Below, piece after piece: positions 1 to 9,413 of a stretch of 64,000 nucleotides of DNA (position 1 is the stretch's first letter; every line of letters starts with the position of its first letter). The stretch comes from Treponemataceae bacterium (GTDB taxonomy: Bacteria > Spirochaetota > Spirochaetia > Treponematales > Rectinemataceae). Made by a program: the position numbers and the translations under genes. Below the pieces are notes generated by a model, which had not been told where the DNA came from, did not search any database, and saw only the letters and a list, made by a program, of their open reading frames with translations. Location: assembly GCA_963677895.2 (NCBI GenBank), contig CAXXGJ010000018.1, positions 288,001 to 352,000 on the forward strand, written 5' to 3'.

Positions 1-1620
1 TGGATGCTCTGGATCGCCAAGCTTTCGTCCGCTTTGTTCCTCAAGTTCCTTCACTTTTTCGCGGATGGCTGCGGTGAGTACTTCCTTGAGGGCTCCATCA
101 GTATCCCAGCCGGCGAAGAAAGGGAAGCCGAGCACGAAGGCCGGAGGGACATGAAGTCCCAATCGCGCCATATCGATGATGCTGTTGCCTTTGCCGCCCA
201 ACGAGGCCCTGATGCTCTCGTCCGCTTCCTTCCATGTCGCGGCGATGAAGGATTGCTGATCCAGCTCGAGGCCGGCCTTGCCCGTGCTAAGGTCGGCGTA
301 CAGCTGCCTGTCGTCCGTCTGGCGTTCCAGCTCCCTGTCCACGGCCGCCGCCACTTTTTCGGTGAATTCGCTCAACACGTGTATCTGGGTGCGGCGGATG
401 AAGTTGTTGAAGAAGCGGGTTTTTATGGGGGAAAGCTTGGATGTGGGAACCTCGTACTCTTCCAGGGTTCTGTTCAGTATGCCGCTCATCTTGTCGATGA
501 TGTCCGACTGCAGATAGTGCTGCAGTTCGTTGCATATGGATCCCAGGCAACGTTTCGCCTTGATGAAATCGTATACGGACGATTCGCGAAGTTCGTCGAT
601 TTCGGCCTGATGGGCTTCGACATCGCCTATCGCGAGCCCTTTTATGCTGGAGATATTGAGCAGTTCGCGCATGACCGCCAGCGTGTCCCGGAGATTGCGG
701 GGGGTGACCTCCGCGAAGTGGTTGTTCGTCAGATCGTTCGCGAGCAGGAAGACGAGCCTGCCCAGCGACAGGTCCAGGAGCAGGAAATCGTAGAGGCTTA
801 TCCGCGATTCGTGGAATGATTCCTTGAGGTAATGTTTGAAGCTCGCCAGACGCTTCAGGAGATCGAGTTCGAGATAGGGCTTGGCCAGGTTGTCCGGCGT
901 GAGCATTTCGAGAAAACCCTTCACTTCGGCCTTGAGGAAGCATCGTTCAAAAAGGTCCAGATTCTGCTCAAGCTGCCGCTTGACGGACGCGAGGTTTCCC
1001 TTCTCATAGTCCCATAGATAATTCAAGCGCTCCAGAAGATCTTCGGCGAGCTCGATGAAATGGTTGCCTTCGTTTTCGGCGGAGAAGAGCCGCGGCAAGG
1101 CCACGTAACCCGCCTTCACCATCGGTTCGGGATTCCCATGCTTTGCCAACTGAAGGTAAGGCAGAAGGTAGCCATGGATGATTCTGGGCGAAAGGCGCCG
1201 GTGGACTTCTTTACGCAGGTCTCCGGCGAAGCCCAGAAGGGGGTCGTCCTCGCTGCGCTCCTCTTCGAAGGCTTCGGCCGTCGCGCGGATCTGCTCTATC
1301 ATCTCCTCGGCGTCCTGGCGCAGAGGCAGTTTCTTGAGCACCTCGCGGGCATAATAGATGAAGTTCGCCGATGGCTGACTTACCGCCGCGAGCATTTCCC
1401 TCGCTTCCCTTTCTATGTCGGCGTAAAGGGTTTCGATATCGCCCTTCTTCTGCCTCATGTCGGGAACGCATTCGTCCTGTCCCAGGAGGCGGAGATTGAT
1501 AAGGAGTTCTATGAGAAGCTTGATCCGCTCCGTTTCGCCGGAAACTGAGCGGACAAGACGCAGGTGGGAGATTATGCTTTCCCATGTGTTGAGTCGCAGA
1601 GCGCCGCCCCCTGCTTTCAC
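1..1620 (-). CDS. PPDK-like (PEP/pyruvate-binding domain) protein with long N-terminal extension; 3' end beyond left edge; start uncertain
   Basis: Hand translation gives a stop-free minus frame from GTG 1620 to the edge, ending ...RASLGGKGNSIIDMARLGLHVPPAFVLG...KELEEQSGRKLGDPEHP, the PPDK N-terminal signature. The + ORFs 4..819, 832..1017 and 1060..1548 are its antisense shadows. Confidence 0.85.
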   Translation of the reverse strand, partial: MKAGGGALRLNTWESIISHLRLVRSVSGETERIKLLIELLINLRLLGQDECVPDMRQKKGDIETLYADIEREAREMLAAVSQPSANFIYYAREVLKKLPLRQDAEEMIEQIRATAEAFEEERSEDDPLLGFAGDLRKEVHRRLSPRIIHGYLLPYLQLAKHGNPEPMVKAGYVALPRLFSAENEGNHFIELAEDLLERLNYLWDYEKGNLASVKRQLEQNLDLFERCFLKAEVKGFLEMLTPDNLAKPYLELDLLKRLASFKHYLKESFHESRISLYDFLLLDLSLGRLVFLLANDLTNNHFAEVTPRNLRDTLAVMRELLNISSIKGLAIGDVEAHQAEIDELRESSVYDFIKAKRCLGSICNELQHYLQSDIIDKMSGILNRTLEEYEVPTSKLSPIKTRFFNNFIRRTQIHVLSEFTEKVAAAVDRELERQTDDRQLYADLSTGKAGLELDQQSFIAATWKEADESIRASLGGKGNSIIDMARLGLHVPPAFVLGFPFFAGWDTDGALKEVLTAAIREKVKELEEQSGRKLGDPEHP

Positions 1621-1680
1621 TATGGAGAAAGGGCTTGCCCTTGTCAACAATTGGTGTATAAGTAAGGCTAGGAGGGTAAA

Positions 1681-2805
1681 TTGAAGATTCCGTTCGATCC
1701 TTCCAAACTGAACGATCTCATGAACGAGGCTGATGTTTCCCTTGTCATCGCGAACACGCGCCATAATGTCCGCTATGTAACGGGCGGCTACTATTATCAT
1801 TTTCACGCCAATTCCCAACGCATGGCCAGAAGCCAATACCTGCCCTTCGCGGGAATTCCGCGCGATGCTTACGAGAACGCTTTCTACATTCAAAGACCGG
1901 ACGAGGGCGGCCAGATCAGCGCGGAGGGACTCTGGATTCCGAATCGCCTGGAAGCGATCCGCGGCACGCTCACTTCAGCCGCCGTCCTTTCCAAACACAT
2001 CAGGAAGCTGTGGCTGTCCGATACCCGGATCGCGCTGGAAATGCCCTTTTTCCCTGCCGATGCCTTCCTCGCCCTGCGCGATGAACTTCCTCATGCCGAG
2101 TTCGTCGATGCCACACCCATATTCGAGGAGCTGCGGGCGAGAAAGAGCAAGGAAGAATTGGACATCATGCGACGAGCCTACGCGAGCCTGGCCGAAGCCA
2201 TTCATTCGACTTTTCTCGCCGCTCGACCGGGGGAAACCACGATGGAGATTTCCCGACGCGTGGAAATCGAAATCGCCGAAAGGGGCTTGTCCTTCCTTTT
2301 CGCTCTCGTATGCGCCGGGCCGGGTTTCCTTCGGGCCCCTTCCTCCGCGCGATGGGAGACTGGGCAGATTCTTCATATCGATGCGGGCGGCTCCGATCGC
2401 GACTACATCGCCGACATTTGCCGCATGGCATGCATTGGCGACCCCTCGCCCCTGGCCCGCGACCTCCATCGGGCATGCATCGAAGTGCAGGATCGCGTCA
2501 GGGCAAGGGTCAAGCCGGGGCTTCGCTGCAGGGAGCTTCTCGCCATGGGCGAAAAGGCCTCCTCCATGTATTCCTTCTCCCGTTACGCCCGTTTCGTCGT
2601 CCACGGCATCGGCATGGTGCCCTACGAGCAGCCGGTTTTCCTTCCCCTGAACGAAAGACCGCTCGAGCCGGGCATGGTTCTGTCGATTGAGACCGATTTC
2701 ATCCATCCGGATGTCGGGCACGTAAAAATCGAGGACGCGGTGGCCGTAACCGAAACCGGCTGCGAAGGTTTGGGCGATGCCGGCCGGGATTGGACGATAA
2801 TCTGA
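1681..2805 (+). CDS. M24 family (Xaa-Pro peptidase/creatinase-like) hydrolase
   Basis: RARKSKEE linker; metal ligands in IDAGG, ADICR, HGIG, SIETD, KIED; TTG start after GGAGG. Confidence 0.85.
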   Translation: MKIPFDPSKLNDLMNEADVSLVIANTRHNVRYVTGGYYYHFHANSQRMARSQYLPFAGIPRDAYENAFYIQRPDEGGQISAEGLWIPNRLEAIRGTLTSAAVLSKHIRKLWLSDTRIALEMPFFPADAFLALRDELPHAEFVDATPIFEELRARKSKEELDIMRRAYASLAEAIHSTFLAARPGETTMEISRRVEIEIAERGLSFLFALVCAGPGFLRAPSSARWETGQILHIDAGGSDRDYIADICRMACIGDPSPLARDLHRACIEVQDRVRARVKPGLRCRELLAMGEKASSMYSFSRYARFVVHGIGMVPYEQPVFLPLNERPLEPGMVLSIETDFIHPDVGHVKIEDAVAVTETGCEGLGDAGRDWTII

Positions 2806-2914
2806 TCGCCCCTTTTTGCCCATGCTCGCTATGTCGCTTTTATATAAATAATTAATTAACGATAGATCTCATTCAACTTCTCGCGTAAAACTTTTATTAA
2901 AAAAAATCTTTTTG

Positions 2915-2969
2915 TTGACAATCCGGGAAAGCGGGGTGAGAATGCTGGTAATGTATCAGCGATATATCG
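2915..2969 (+). promoter_or_regulatory. sigma70-type promoter plus palindromic operator candidate for the GntR operon
   Basis: TTGACA(2915)-17 nt-GAGAAT(2938); ATGTATC-agc-GATATAT inverted repeat 2951-2967; CGATATATCG palindrome 2960-2969. Confidence 0.6.
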
Positions 2970-2990
2970 GCCGGACTTTGGTGGATGGAC

Positions 2991-3040
2991 ATGAGGATTC
3001 ATGAGGATACATGAAGATACATGAGGATACATGAGGATAA
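2991..3040 (+). repeat. 5 x 10-bp tandem repeat, consensus ATGAGGATAC
   Basis: atgaggattc atgaggatac atgaagatac atgaggatac atgaggataa. Confidence 0.95.
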
Positions 3041-3044
3041 CGAA

Positions 3045-3737
3045 ATGGGCGAAATAGGTACCGTTCTGGAAAAACCGATGAGCAAGGTAAGCAAAAAGCT
3101 TCAGGTCTACGACATTTTAAAAAAACAGATCGTGCATAACGAGCTCAGGCCCCAGCAGTATCTGAACGAACAGGAGCTTTGCGAGAATCTTGGGGTCAGC
3201 AAGACACCGGTCAGGGAAGCCCTCCAGCAGCTCGAACGGAATCGGCTCGTGGTCATCATCCCCAATAAAGGTTGTTTCGTTTCGACCATCAGCCTCGATC
3301 TCATCCGCGAGGTCTTCGAGATTAGGGAAATCTATGAAAGCGCCGCGGCGCGCATAGCGGCCAGCCTGGATGACAGAAGTCAGTTCGAGGATATTTTTCA
3401 CAACCACGAATCCTTCCGGCTGGAAGATATCGAAAGCGTGAGAAAGTCCCTCCTCTCCGGCTACCATATACACGAGATCATAGTAAACGCGGCGGGCAAC
3501 AGTTTCCTGACCGAATATTACGGAAACATTCTGGATCACATCGTCCGCATACGCATCAATTTCATGTCCAACTTCGACGCCAAACGCCTGCACGAGACCT
3601 GCGAGGAGCATAGGGCCATTCTCAGGGCGATTATCGACGGAAATCCCGACGCGGCGGAGAAAGCGATGAGGAATCATCTGCAGCGCTCGCTCATAACGAT
3701 AGATAAGCTGGTCGGAAATACAAGGGGGAAGATATGA
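3045..3737 (+). CDS. GntR family (FCD) transcriptional regulator
   Basis: HTH LNEQELCENLGVSKTPVREAL; FCD C-terminus EHRAILRAI...MRNHL; start 3045 chosen from the GAGGA RBS. Confidence 0.92.
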   Translation: MGEIGTVLEKPMSKVSKKLQVYDILKKQIVHNELRPQQYLNEQELCENLGVSKTPVREALQQLERNRLVVIIPNKGCFVSTISLDLIREVFEIREIYESAAARIAASLDDRSQFEDIFHNHESFRLEDIESVRKSLLSGYHIHEIIVNAAGNSFLTEYYGNILDHIVRIRINFMSNFDAKRLHETCEEHRAILRAIIDGNPDAAEKAMRNHLQRSLITIDKLVGNTRGKI

Positions 3738-4408
3738 CCCATGTCCTGAAAGCCGTAAACGACCTGGACCCGGCGATGATCGAGGCTTTCAGCCGGCTCG
3801 ATGTGGCGACCGTGTACGAAGCGTCCGGAAGAAAAGGCTTTGTGGAAAAGGCTATTAGGCCCGCCGCGCGCGGCGACCGGATTTGCGGTCCGGCTTATAC
3901 GGTGCAATGCGCGCCAGGCGACAATCTGATGCTCCACAAGGCTCTCCAGAGGGCTCCCGCGGGTTCCGTCATCGTGGCGAGCGTCGGCGGCGCGGGCGAT
4001 TACGGTTATTGGGGCGGCCTCATGGCCACCGCGGCCGTGGCGCGCGGCATTCAGGGACTGGCTATCGACGGCTGCATACGCGATTCGGCCGAAATTGCCA
4101 AGATGGGCTTTCCCGTCTTCTGCCGGGGCTTCTGCATCAGGGGCACGGTAAAATCCACGATGGGCATCATCAACTATCCCGTGAATTTCGGTCAGATGAC
4201 CGTTTTCCCCGGCGATCTCATCCTTGGGGACGAAGACGGCATGGTGATCGTGCGAGCTTCCGAATGCAGGGAAGTGCTCGAAAAATCCCTGAAGCGAGTG
4301 GAGTTCGAGGAAGGCAAGGCGGCGCAGCTCAAAAGCGGCGTAAGCAGCGTCGAGCTGAACAGTCTCGGGAAGGTGTTTGAGTCTCTGGGTTTAGTGGAAG
4401 AAGAGTGA
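3734..4408 (+). CDS. HMG/CHA aldolase (RraA family, LigK/ProA-like)
   Basis: ATVYEASGR, PGDNLMLH, YWGGLM, DGCIRD, GTVKSTMG, PGDLILGDEDG. Confidence 0.88.
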   Translation: MTHVLKAVNDLDPAMIEAFSRLDVATVYEASGRKGFVEKAIRPAARGDRICGPAYTVQCAPGDNLMLHKALQRAPAGSVIVASVGGAGDYGYWGGLMATAAVARGIQGLAIDGCIRDSAEIAKMGFPVFCRGFCIRGTVKSTMGIINYPVNFGQMTVFPGDLILGDEDGMVIVRASECREVLEKSLKRVEFEEGKAAQLKSGVSSVELNSLGKVFESLGLVEEE

Positions 4409-4415
4409 GGCTGAT

Positions 4416-5465
4416 ATGAGAATAGCCGAAGGCTTGCTTCGCGATGCGGCCAAAGAAATCCTGATCGGGCTTGGCGAGGAAGAAGGCAACGCCGAAATCG
4501 CCGCCGAAATCCTGGTTCGATCCGATATGCGCGGCGTAAGCACTCATGGAGTCAACCTTCTTCGGCAGATCTGCAAGCGAGCGGCCGCTGGGATGCTCAA
4601 AATACCTACGAAGGTGGAAATTGTCAGGGAAGACGCCGCCACGGCCGTTCTCGATGGAAACGACGGACTTGGTCAGGTAGCCGGCTATCGCGCTTTGCGC
4701 ATGAGTGTCGAAAAAGCGAAGGGCAGCGGCCTTGGCATGGTTGCCCTGAGACACACGAACAACGTCGGCGCCCTGGGCTACTATACCTCCACGGCGGCTT
4801 CATCATATGGCGTGATTTCGATCTGCATGACCAACGGTAATCCCTCAGTGGCACCTTTTGGAAGCGCCGATCCCTTCTTCGGGACGAACCCGCTTTCCGT
4901 AGGCATCCCTCTAGCGGGCGGAAAACCTATCGTTCTCGACATGTCATCGAGCGTCGTGGCCCGGGGCAAGATCAGGCTGGCCGCCCTGAGCGGCGAAAGC
5001 ATTCCTCTGGGCTGGGCTTGCGACGAGACGGGGGCTCCCACGACGGATCCCAACAAGGCGCTCAATGGTTCCTTGCTGCCGCTTGGCGGCCCTAAAGGCT
5101 CGGGTCTTGCCATGATCATCGACATCATGTCCGGCATCCTCACCGGATCCTCATACGGTCTGAAATTGAAGAGTTTCCATGAGCTCGAAGGTCCCACGGG
5201 GGTGGGAGCGAGCTTTATCGCCATCGATATCGCGCGGTTCATCGATCCCGGGCTTTTCGCCGGGAATGTCCAGGCCTATGCCGAGGAGATCAGGAGCCTC
5301 CGCAAGCAGCCGGGAACCGAGGCGATTCTCCTGCCGGGCGAAGTGGAATTCATGAAGGAAGAAAAGAGCCGGATTTCCGGAATCGAAGTGCCAGAGGCTG
5401 TGGCCAAGGCGATCGATGAAATCCTGGTCAAATCGGGCAGCGCTATCCGAATAGCGGCGGAGTGA
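4416..5465 (+). CDS. Ldh_2 family (type 2 malate/L-lactate, AllD/ComC-like) 2-hydroxyacid oxidoreductase
   Basis: RGVSTHG, GTNPL, DMSSS, GGPKGSGL, LPGE motifs. Confidence 0.9.
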   Translation: MRIAEGLLRDAAKEILIGLGEEEGNAEIAAEILVRSDMRGVSTHGVNLLRQICKRAAAGMLKIPTKVEIVREDAATAVLDGNDGLGQVAGYRALRMSVEKAKGSGLGMVALRHTNNVGALGYYTSTAASSYGVISICMTNGNPSVAPFGSADPFFGTNPLSVGIPLAGGKPIVLDMSSSVVARGKIRLAALSGESIPLGWACDETGAPTTDPNKALNGSLLPLGGPKGSGLAMIIDIMSGILTGSSYGLKLKSFHELEGPTGVGASFIAIDIARFIDPGLFAGNVQAYAEEIRSLRKQPGTEAILLPGEVEFMKEEKSRISGIEVPEAVAKAIDEILVKSGSAIRIAAE

Positions 5466-5474
5466 GAGAGAAGG

Positions 5475-7208
5475 ATGGACAAGATAATGCGGGTGGATAC
5501 GAGGAAGCGGCGGATAGACGTCCTTCCCGTAACGGAAGAAGAGACGCGATGGGGCGGCAGGGGGCTCATAGCCCATGTCCTCCTGAGGGAAGTGCCGCCC
5601 ACCTGCGAGCCCACGGGCAGGCGCAACAAGCTCATTTTCGCTTCCGGACTCCTCGCCGACACGAACGTCACCACGGTGGGCCAGATGTCCATAGGCGGGA
5701 AAAGTCCGCTCACGGGCGGCGCCAAGGAATGCAACATCGGCGGAGGCGCCGGCCGCCGCCTCGCCAGGCTGGGCATCAGGGCTTTGATCATCGAGGATAC
5801 GCCCGCCGAAACCGCCAGAACCGACGTTCTCGAGATCAGGGCTAAAGGCTCCTGTCTTGTCGAGGCGCCCGAACTGAAAGGCAAGCTCGTCGATGAAACC
5901 ATAGCCGCGCTGCGGGCAAAATACGGCGTCAAGGTCGGCATCTTCTGCGTCGGCCCGGCCGGCGAAATGGTCATGTACGCCGCGGGCATCGCCTGTCCCG
6001 ACGACAGCGACGTTCAGATCCGCTTCGCGGGGCGTGGAGGGCTGGGCGCGCTGATGGGATCCAAGGGGATCAAGGCCATCGTCGTCGACGACTCGGGCTC
6101 GACCTACAAGGCTCCCATCCACGACAAAGCCCTTCTTCAGGAAACATCCAAATGGATGGCCGAAGCCCTCCTCAAGGATCCTAAGACCGAAAACCGGAAC
6201 ACCTTCGGCACTCCCGCCATCCTCGCGCTGGCGAGCGCCTCGGGCCTCATGCCCACGCGCAACTTCAGCTCGGGTACCTTTGAAAAGGCCGACGACATAG
6301 CCGGCGAGAGAGTCAGGGAGGAAATCCTCGCGCGCGGCGGCCAGACGGGCAAACCCTGCGTCACGGGCTGCGTCATCCAGTGTTCGAACCTTTTCCCCGA
6401 TAAAACCGGCAAAAAAATCGTCGCCTCGCTCCAGTACGAGAGCATCTGCCTCCTCGGCTCCAACTGCGGCATCGGCAGCCTGGACGACATCGCCGAGATG
6501 AACCATCTCTGCAATCAGGTCGGCGTCGATTCCATAGAGACGGGTGCGGCCATCGGCGTCGCCATGGAAGTCGGCGTCATTCCTTTCGGCGATGCCGAGG
6601 GCGCCAAGGATCTCATTCGCCAGATAGGGCAGGGTACCTGGCTCGGGCGCATCATCGGCCACGGAGCCAAGCTGGCCGGCCGCGTGCTGGGAGCGCGGCG
6701 GATCCCCGTCATCAAGGGCCAGGCTATTCCCGGCTACGACCCGCGCGGCGTCAAGGGCAACGGCGTCACCTATATCACCTCCCCCATGGGGGCCGACCAT
6801 ACCGCGGGCAATGCCTTCGAGACGCTGAAGTACATGGACGTGCTGAAGCCCGACGGGCAGGTGGAGATCTCCAGGAAGCTGCAGATCCGCGCCGCCCTCC
6901 TCGATACCCTCGGCCTCTGTCTCTTCGTGCGGCCTCCCTTCGTGAAGCGGCCCGAGCAGTTCGGCAACCTTCTGAAGGGACGCTACGGCTGGGATCTCTC
7001 CTTCCATGACGTCCAGCTTCTGGCCTGGGACACGATCAAGACCGAACGCGAGTTCAATGAAAGGGCTGGCGTTTCGGAGCGATTCTTCCCCATACCCGAG
7101 TTCATGGAAGACGAACCCCTGCCGCCAAAGAACGCGGTCTTCGACGTGAAAATGGACGACATGGGATCGATGTGGGACGGGGGCTTCACGCCCTTGGATG
7201 ATTTTTAA
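5475..7208 (+). CDS. Aldehyde:ferredoxin oxidoreductase family (tungstopterin) enzyme
   Basis: KSPLTGG, AGRGGLGALMGSK, CVTGCVIQC Fe-S motif, QYES, DSIE, GADH, EREFNERAG. Confidence 0.92.
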   Translation: MDKIMRVDTRKRRIDVLPVTEEETRWGGRGLIAHVLLREVPPTCEPTGRRNKLIFASGLLADTNVTTVGQMSIGGKSPLTGGAKECNIGGGAGRRLARLGIRALIIEDTPAETARTDVLEIRAKGSCLVEAPELKGKLVDETIAALRAKYGVKVGIFCVGPAGEMVMYAAGIACPDDSDVQIRFAGRGGLGALMGSKGIKAIVVDDSGSTYKAPIHDKALLQETSKWMAEALLKDPKTENRNTFGTPAILALASASGLMPTRNFSSGTFEKADDIAGERVREEILARGGQTGKPCVTGCVIQCSNLFPDKTGKKIVASLQYESICLLGSNCGIGSLDDIAEMNHLCNQVGVDSIETGAAIGVAMEVGVIPFGDAEGAKDLIRQIGQGTWLGRIIGHGAKLAGRVLGARRIPVIKGQAIPGYDPRGVKGNGVTYITSPMGADHTAGNAFETLKYMDVLKPDGQVEISRKLQIRAALLDTLGLCLFVRPPFVKRPEQFGNLLKGRYGWDLSFHDVQLLAWDTIKTEREFNERAGVSERFFPIPEFMEDEPLPPKNAVFDVKMDDMGSMWDGGFTPLDDF

Positions 7209-7227
7209 ACCGCGAGGAGCGCAAGGA

Positions 7228-7974
7228 ATGGAGCTGGAAAAAAAGGTAGTCATCGTCACGGGCGCCGGGCTGGGCTTGGGAAAGGCCATCGCCCGGAAGG
7301 TAGCCGCCGAAGGCGCCTTCGTCGCCCTATGGGACATGAATCTGGAATCCGTCCGGAAGCTGGCGAAGGAGCTCGATCCGAGCGGCGTTCGAGCGGCGGC
7401 CTTCGGCGTCAATGTCACCGATGAAGCCGATGTCGTGGCGGCTGTCGCCCATACGGTGGCCAAGTTCGGACGCGTCGACGTGCTCGTGAACAACGCTGGT
7501 ATTTCCCGCCACAAGGTTCTGGAGGAGATGACCCTCGAGCTTTTCGAGCAGGTGATCAAGGTGAACCTCACGGGGCCCTTCCTCTGCTGCAAGGCGGTCG
7601 CTCCCGTCATGAAAAAGCAGAATTTCGGCAAGATCGTGAACATCGCCTCCCTGGGCGGCAGGACGGGACGCCCGGGCGTGGGCGTAAACTACGCCGCGTC
7701 CAAGGCCGGCCTGATCGGCGTCACCAAGTGCCTGGCCAAGGAACTGGGGCCGAGCAATATCTACGTGAACGCGATCTGTCCGGGACCCATTCTCACGGAC
7801 CAGACGAAACAGTATCCGGAAGAAGTCTTCGCGTCGTGGAACGCGGGGAGGGCTGTATCCAAGAACGGCCTGCCCGAAGACATCGGAGACGCCGTGATCT
7901 TCCTTTCGTCCAATAGGTCGGACTGGATCACCGGCGTCACGCTGGATGTCAACGGCGGCATTTTCATCGGCTGA
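7228..7974 (+). CDS. SDR family NAD(P)-dependent oxidoreductase
   Basis: TGAGLGLG, NNAG, YAASK, VNGG. Confidence 0.93.
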   Translation: MELEKKVVIVTGAGLGLGKAIARKVAAEGAFVALWDMNLESVRKLAKELDPSGVRAAAFGVNVTDEADVVAAVAHTVAKFGRVDVLVNNAGISRHKVLEEMTLELFEQVIKVNLTGPFLCCKAVAPVMKKQNFGKIVNIASLGGRTGRPGVGVNYAASKAGLIGVTKCLAKELGPSNIYVNAICPGPILTDQTKQYPEEVFASWNAGRAVSKNGLPEDIGDAVIFLSSNRSDWITGVTLDVNGGIFIG

Positions 7975-8000
7975 CAGAGATCAGTTTCAAGGAGAGAGGA

Positions 8001-8360
8001 ATGGCAGGATTGAAGGTAGTCGATATCAACAAGGTGGAACCTGAGAGGAAAATCCCTCCCCGCGCCTCGTGGATACTCATCTCTGAAAAGACGGTGGGTT
8101 CGCAGAACCTGGCCCTCGGCGTCAACGAAACCGAGCCGGGATCGATGGTTCCCGAACACAGGCACGAGACTGAGGAGGAAGTGATGCTCTTCCTGGAAGG
8201 CGAAGGCAAGTTCATCACCGAGGATCAGGAGATCGACCTGAAGCCGGGCATCTGCGTCTACAACCCGCCTGGGGCTTTGCACAAGATCGTGAACACGGGG
8301 ACGACCAAGCTGAAGTTCGTGTGGGTATACGCCCCTCAGCTCAAGAGCCACAGGCTTTAA
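8001..8360 (+). CDS. Cupin domain protein
   Basis: PEHRHETEEE...G and PPGALHKIVN cupin motifs. Confidence 0.88.
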   Translation: MAGLKVVDINKVEPERKIPPRASWILISEKTVGSQNLALGVNETEPGSMVPEHRHETEEEVMLFLEGEGKFITEDQEIDLKPGICVYNPPGALHKIVNTGTTKLKFVWVYAPQLKSHRL

Positions 8361-8385
8361 GCCGCGGCGAATAAGGAGACCGAAG

Positions 8386-9354
8386 ATGAGCGACTGGAAT
8401 TTGCCGATTCGGGATGGCGGGCACATGGAAAGGCCTTCCAAGATTTATTTCCAGACGATGACCAAATTCGATGCCGAAGAGAGACTCCAGAAAGACGACA
8501 CCATCATCATTCCGATCGGCTCGACGGAGAATCACGGCAAGGCTGGTCCTTACGGCGAGGATACCTACATAGTCACCAGGATAGCGGAAATGGTAGCCAA
8601 GAAAACCGGCTGCACCGTCGCCGAGCCCATGTGGTATGGGTCTCACCCCTTCCATCATATCGGTCAGCCTGGAACCGTTCCGCTTCCCGACAGTGTTTTC
8701 TGCGACCATATCAGGTCGATGATCTCCGGTTTCTGGAACACGGGCTTCAGGAAGCAGATATTCATCAGCATGCATGGGCAGGAGTACGCCATCCCCTCCG
8801 CGATCCAGGAATGGGGCAAGAAGTACCAGATGCCGGCCATCATTATTTTTGTCGATCTCCCCCGCGTGATGGGCCAAGCTCTCATGGATAAAGCGCACGG
8901 CGGTCCTTTCGACTATCCCTTCCAGCATGCCTGCGAGGCCGAGACCTCGGTATCCATGGCTCTTTTTCCCGAAATGTGCCAGCTCGAGCACGCCGAAGAC
9001 ACGACCCCGAAGGGATTTCTTCCTCCCGGCCATGTCGACAAAGGCGGGGATATTTACGGCAACCCCATTCCCGGTCACTGCATCGTCGGCGGTACGGGAA
9101 TCGAGTGTATTACCTTCCCCGAAGGCGTCATCGGAAAGGCGAGCCTGGCCGAGCCGAGCAAGGCCTTCAAGGCGATCGAGAATGTCTGCGATTACCTGGT
9201 GAAACTCCACGACGATATTCTCGAAAAGTTCCCGGTCGGGAAATTGCCGCCGACGGAACTCATGACCCAGCGGAACAAGGAAGAGGTTGAGGCCATTCTC
9301 AAGGGTCCGACGAAGGGCGGCAAGCATCTCTATACGATAGCATGGCCGAGCTGA
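8386..9354 (+). CDS. iolN: Creatininase-family C-C hydrolase, close to 3-dehydro-scyllo-inosose hydrolase
   Basis: YFQTMT, PIGSTENHG, GEDT, GFWNTGFRKQI, HGQE, HACEAETS, FPVGKLPP; matches my recollection of Thermotoga IolN along its length. Confidence 0.75.
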   Translation: MSDWNLPIRDGGHMERPSKIYFQTMTKFDAEERLQKDDTIIIPIGSTENHGKAGPYGEDTYIVTRIAEMVAKKTGCTVAEPMWYGSHPFHHIGQPGTVPLPDSVFCDHIRSMISGFWNTGFRKQIFISMHGQEYAIPSAIQEWGKKYQMPAIIIFVDLPRVMGQALMDKAHGGPFDYPFQHACEAETSVSMALFPEMCQLEHAEDTTPKGFLPPGHVDKGGDIYGNPIPGHCIVGGTGIECITFPEGVIGKASLAEPSKAFKAIENVCDYLVKLHDDILEKFPVGKLPPTELMTQRNKEEVEAILKGPTKGGKHLYTIAWPS

Positions 9355-9413
9355 GCGGCTATGTGTCGGAGATAAAGTCCATCATTTTTTCCAGATTTCA
9401 AGGAGGCACTTGA

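Noticed and set aside
4..1548. Plus-strand ORFs 4..819, 832..1017 and 1060..1548
   Set aside because: Same-register antisense of the real PPDK-like gene
2991..3040. Possible CRISPR array
   Set aside because: 10-bp head-to-tail units without spacers; no cas genes
5151..7643. 830-aa minus-strand ORF
   Set aside because: Antisense shadow of the Ldh_2, AOR and SDR genes in GC-rich DNA; no motifs
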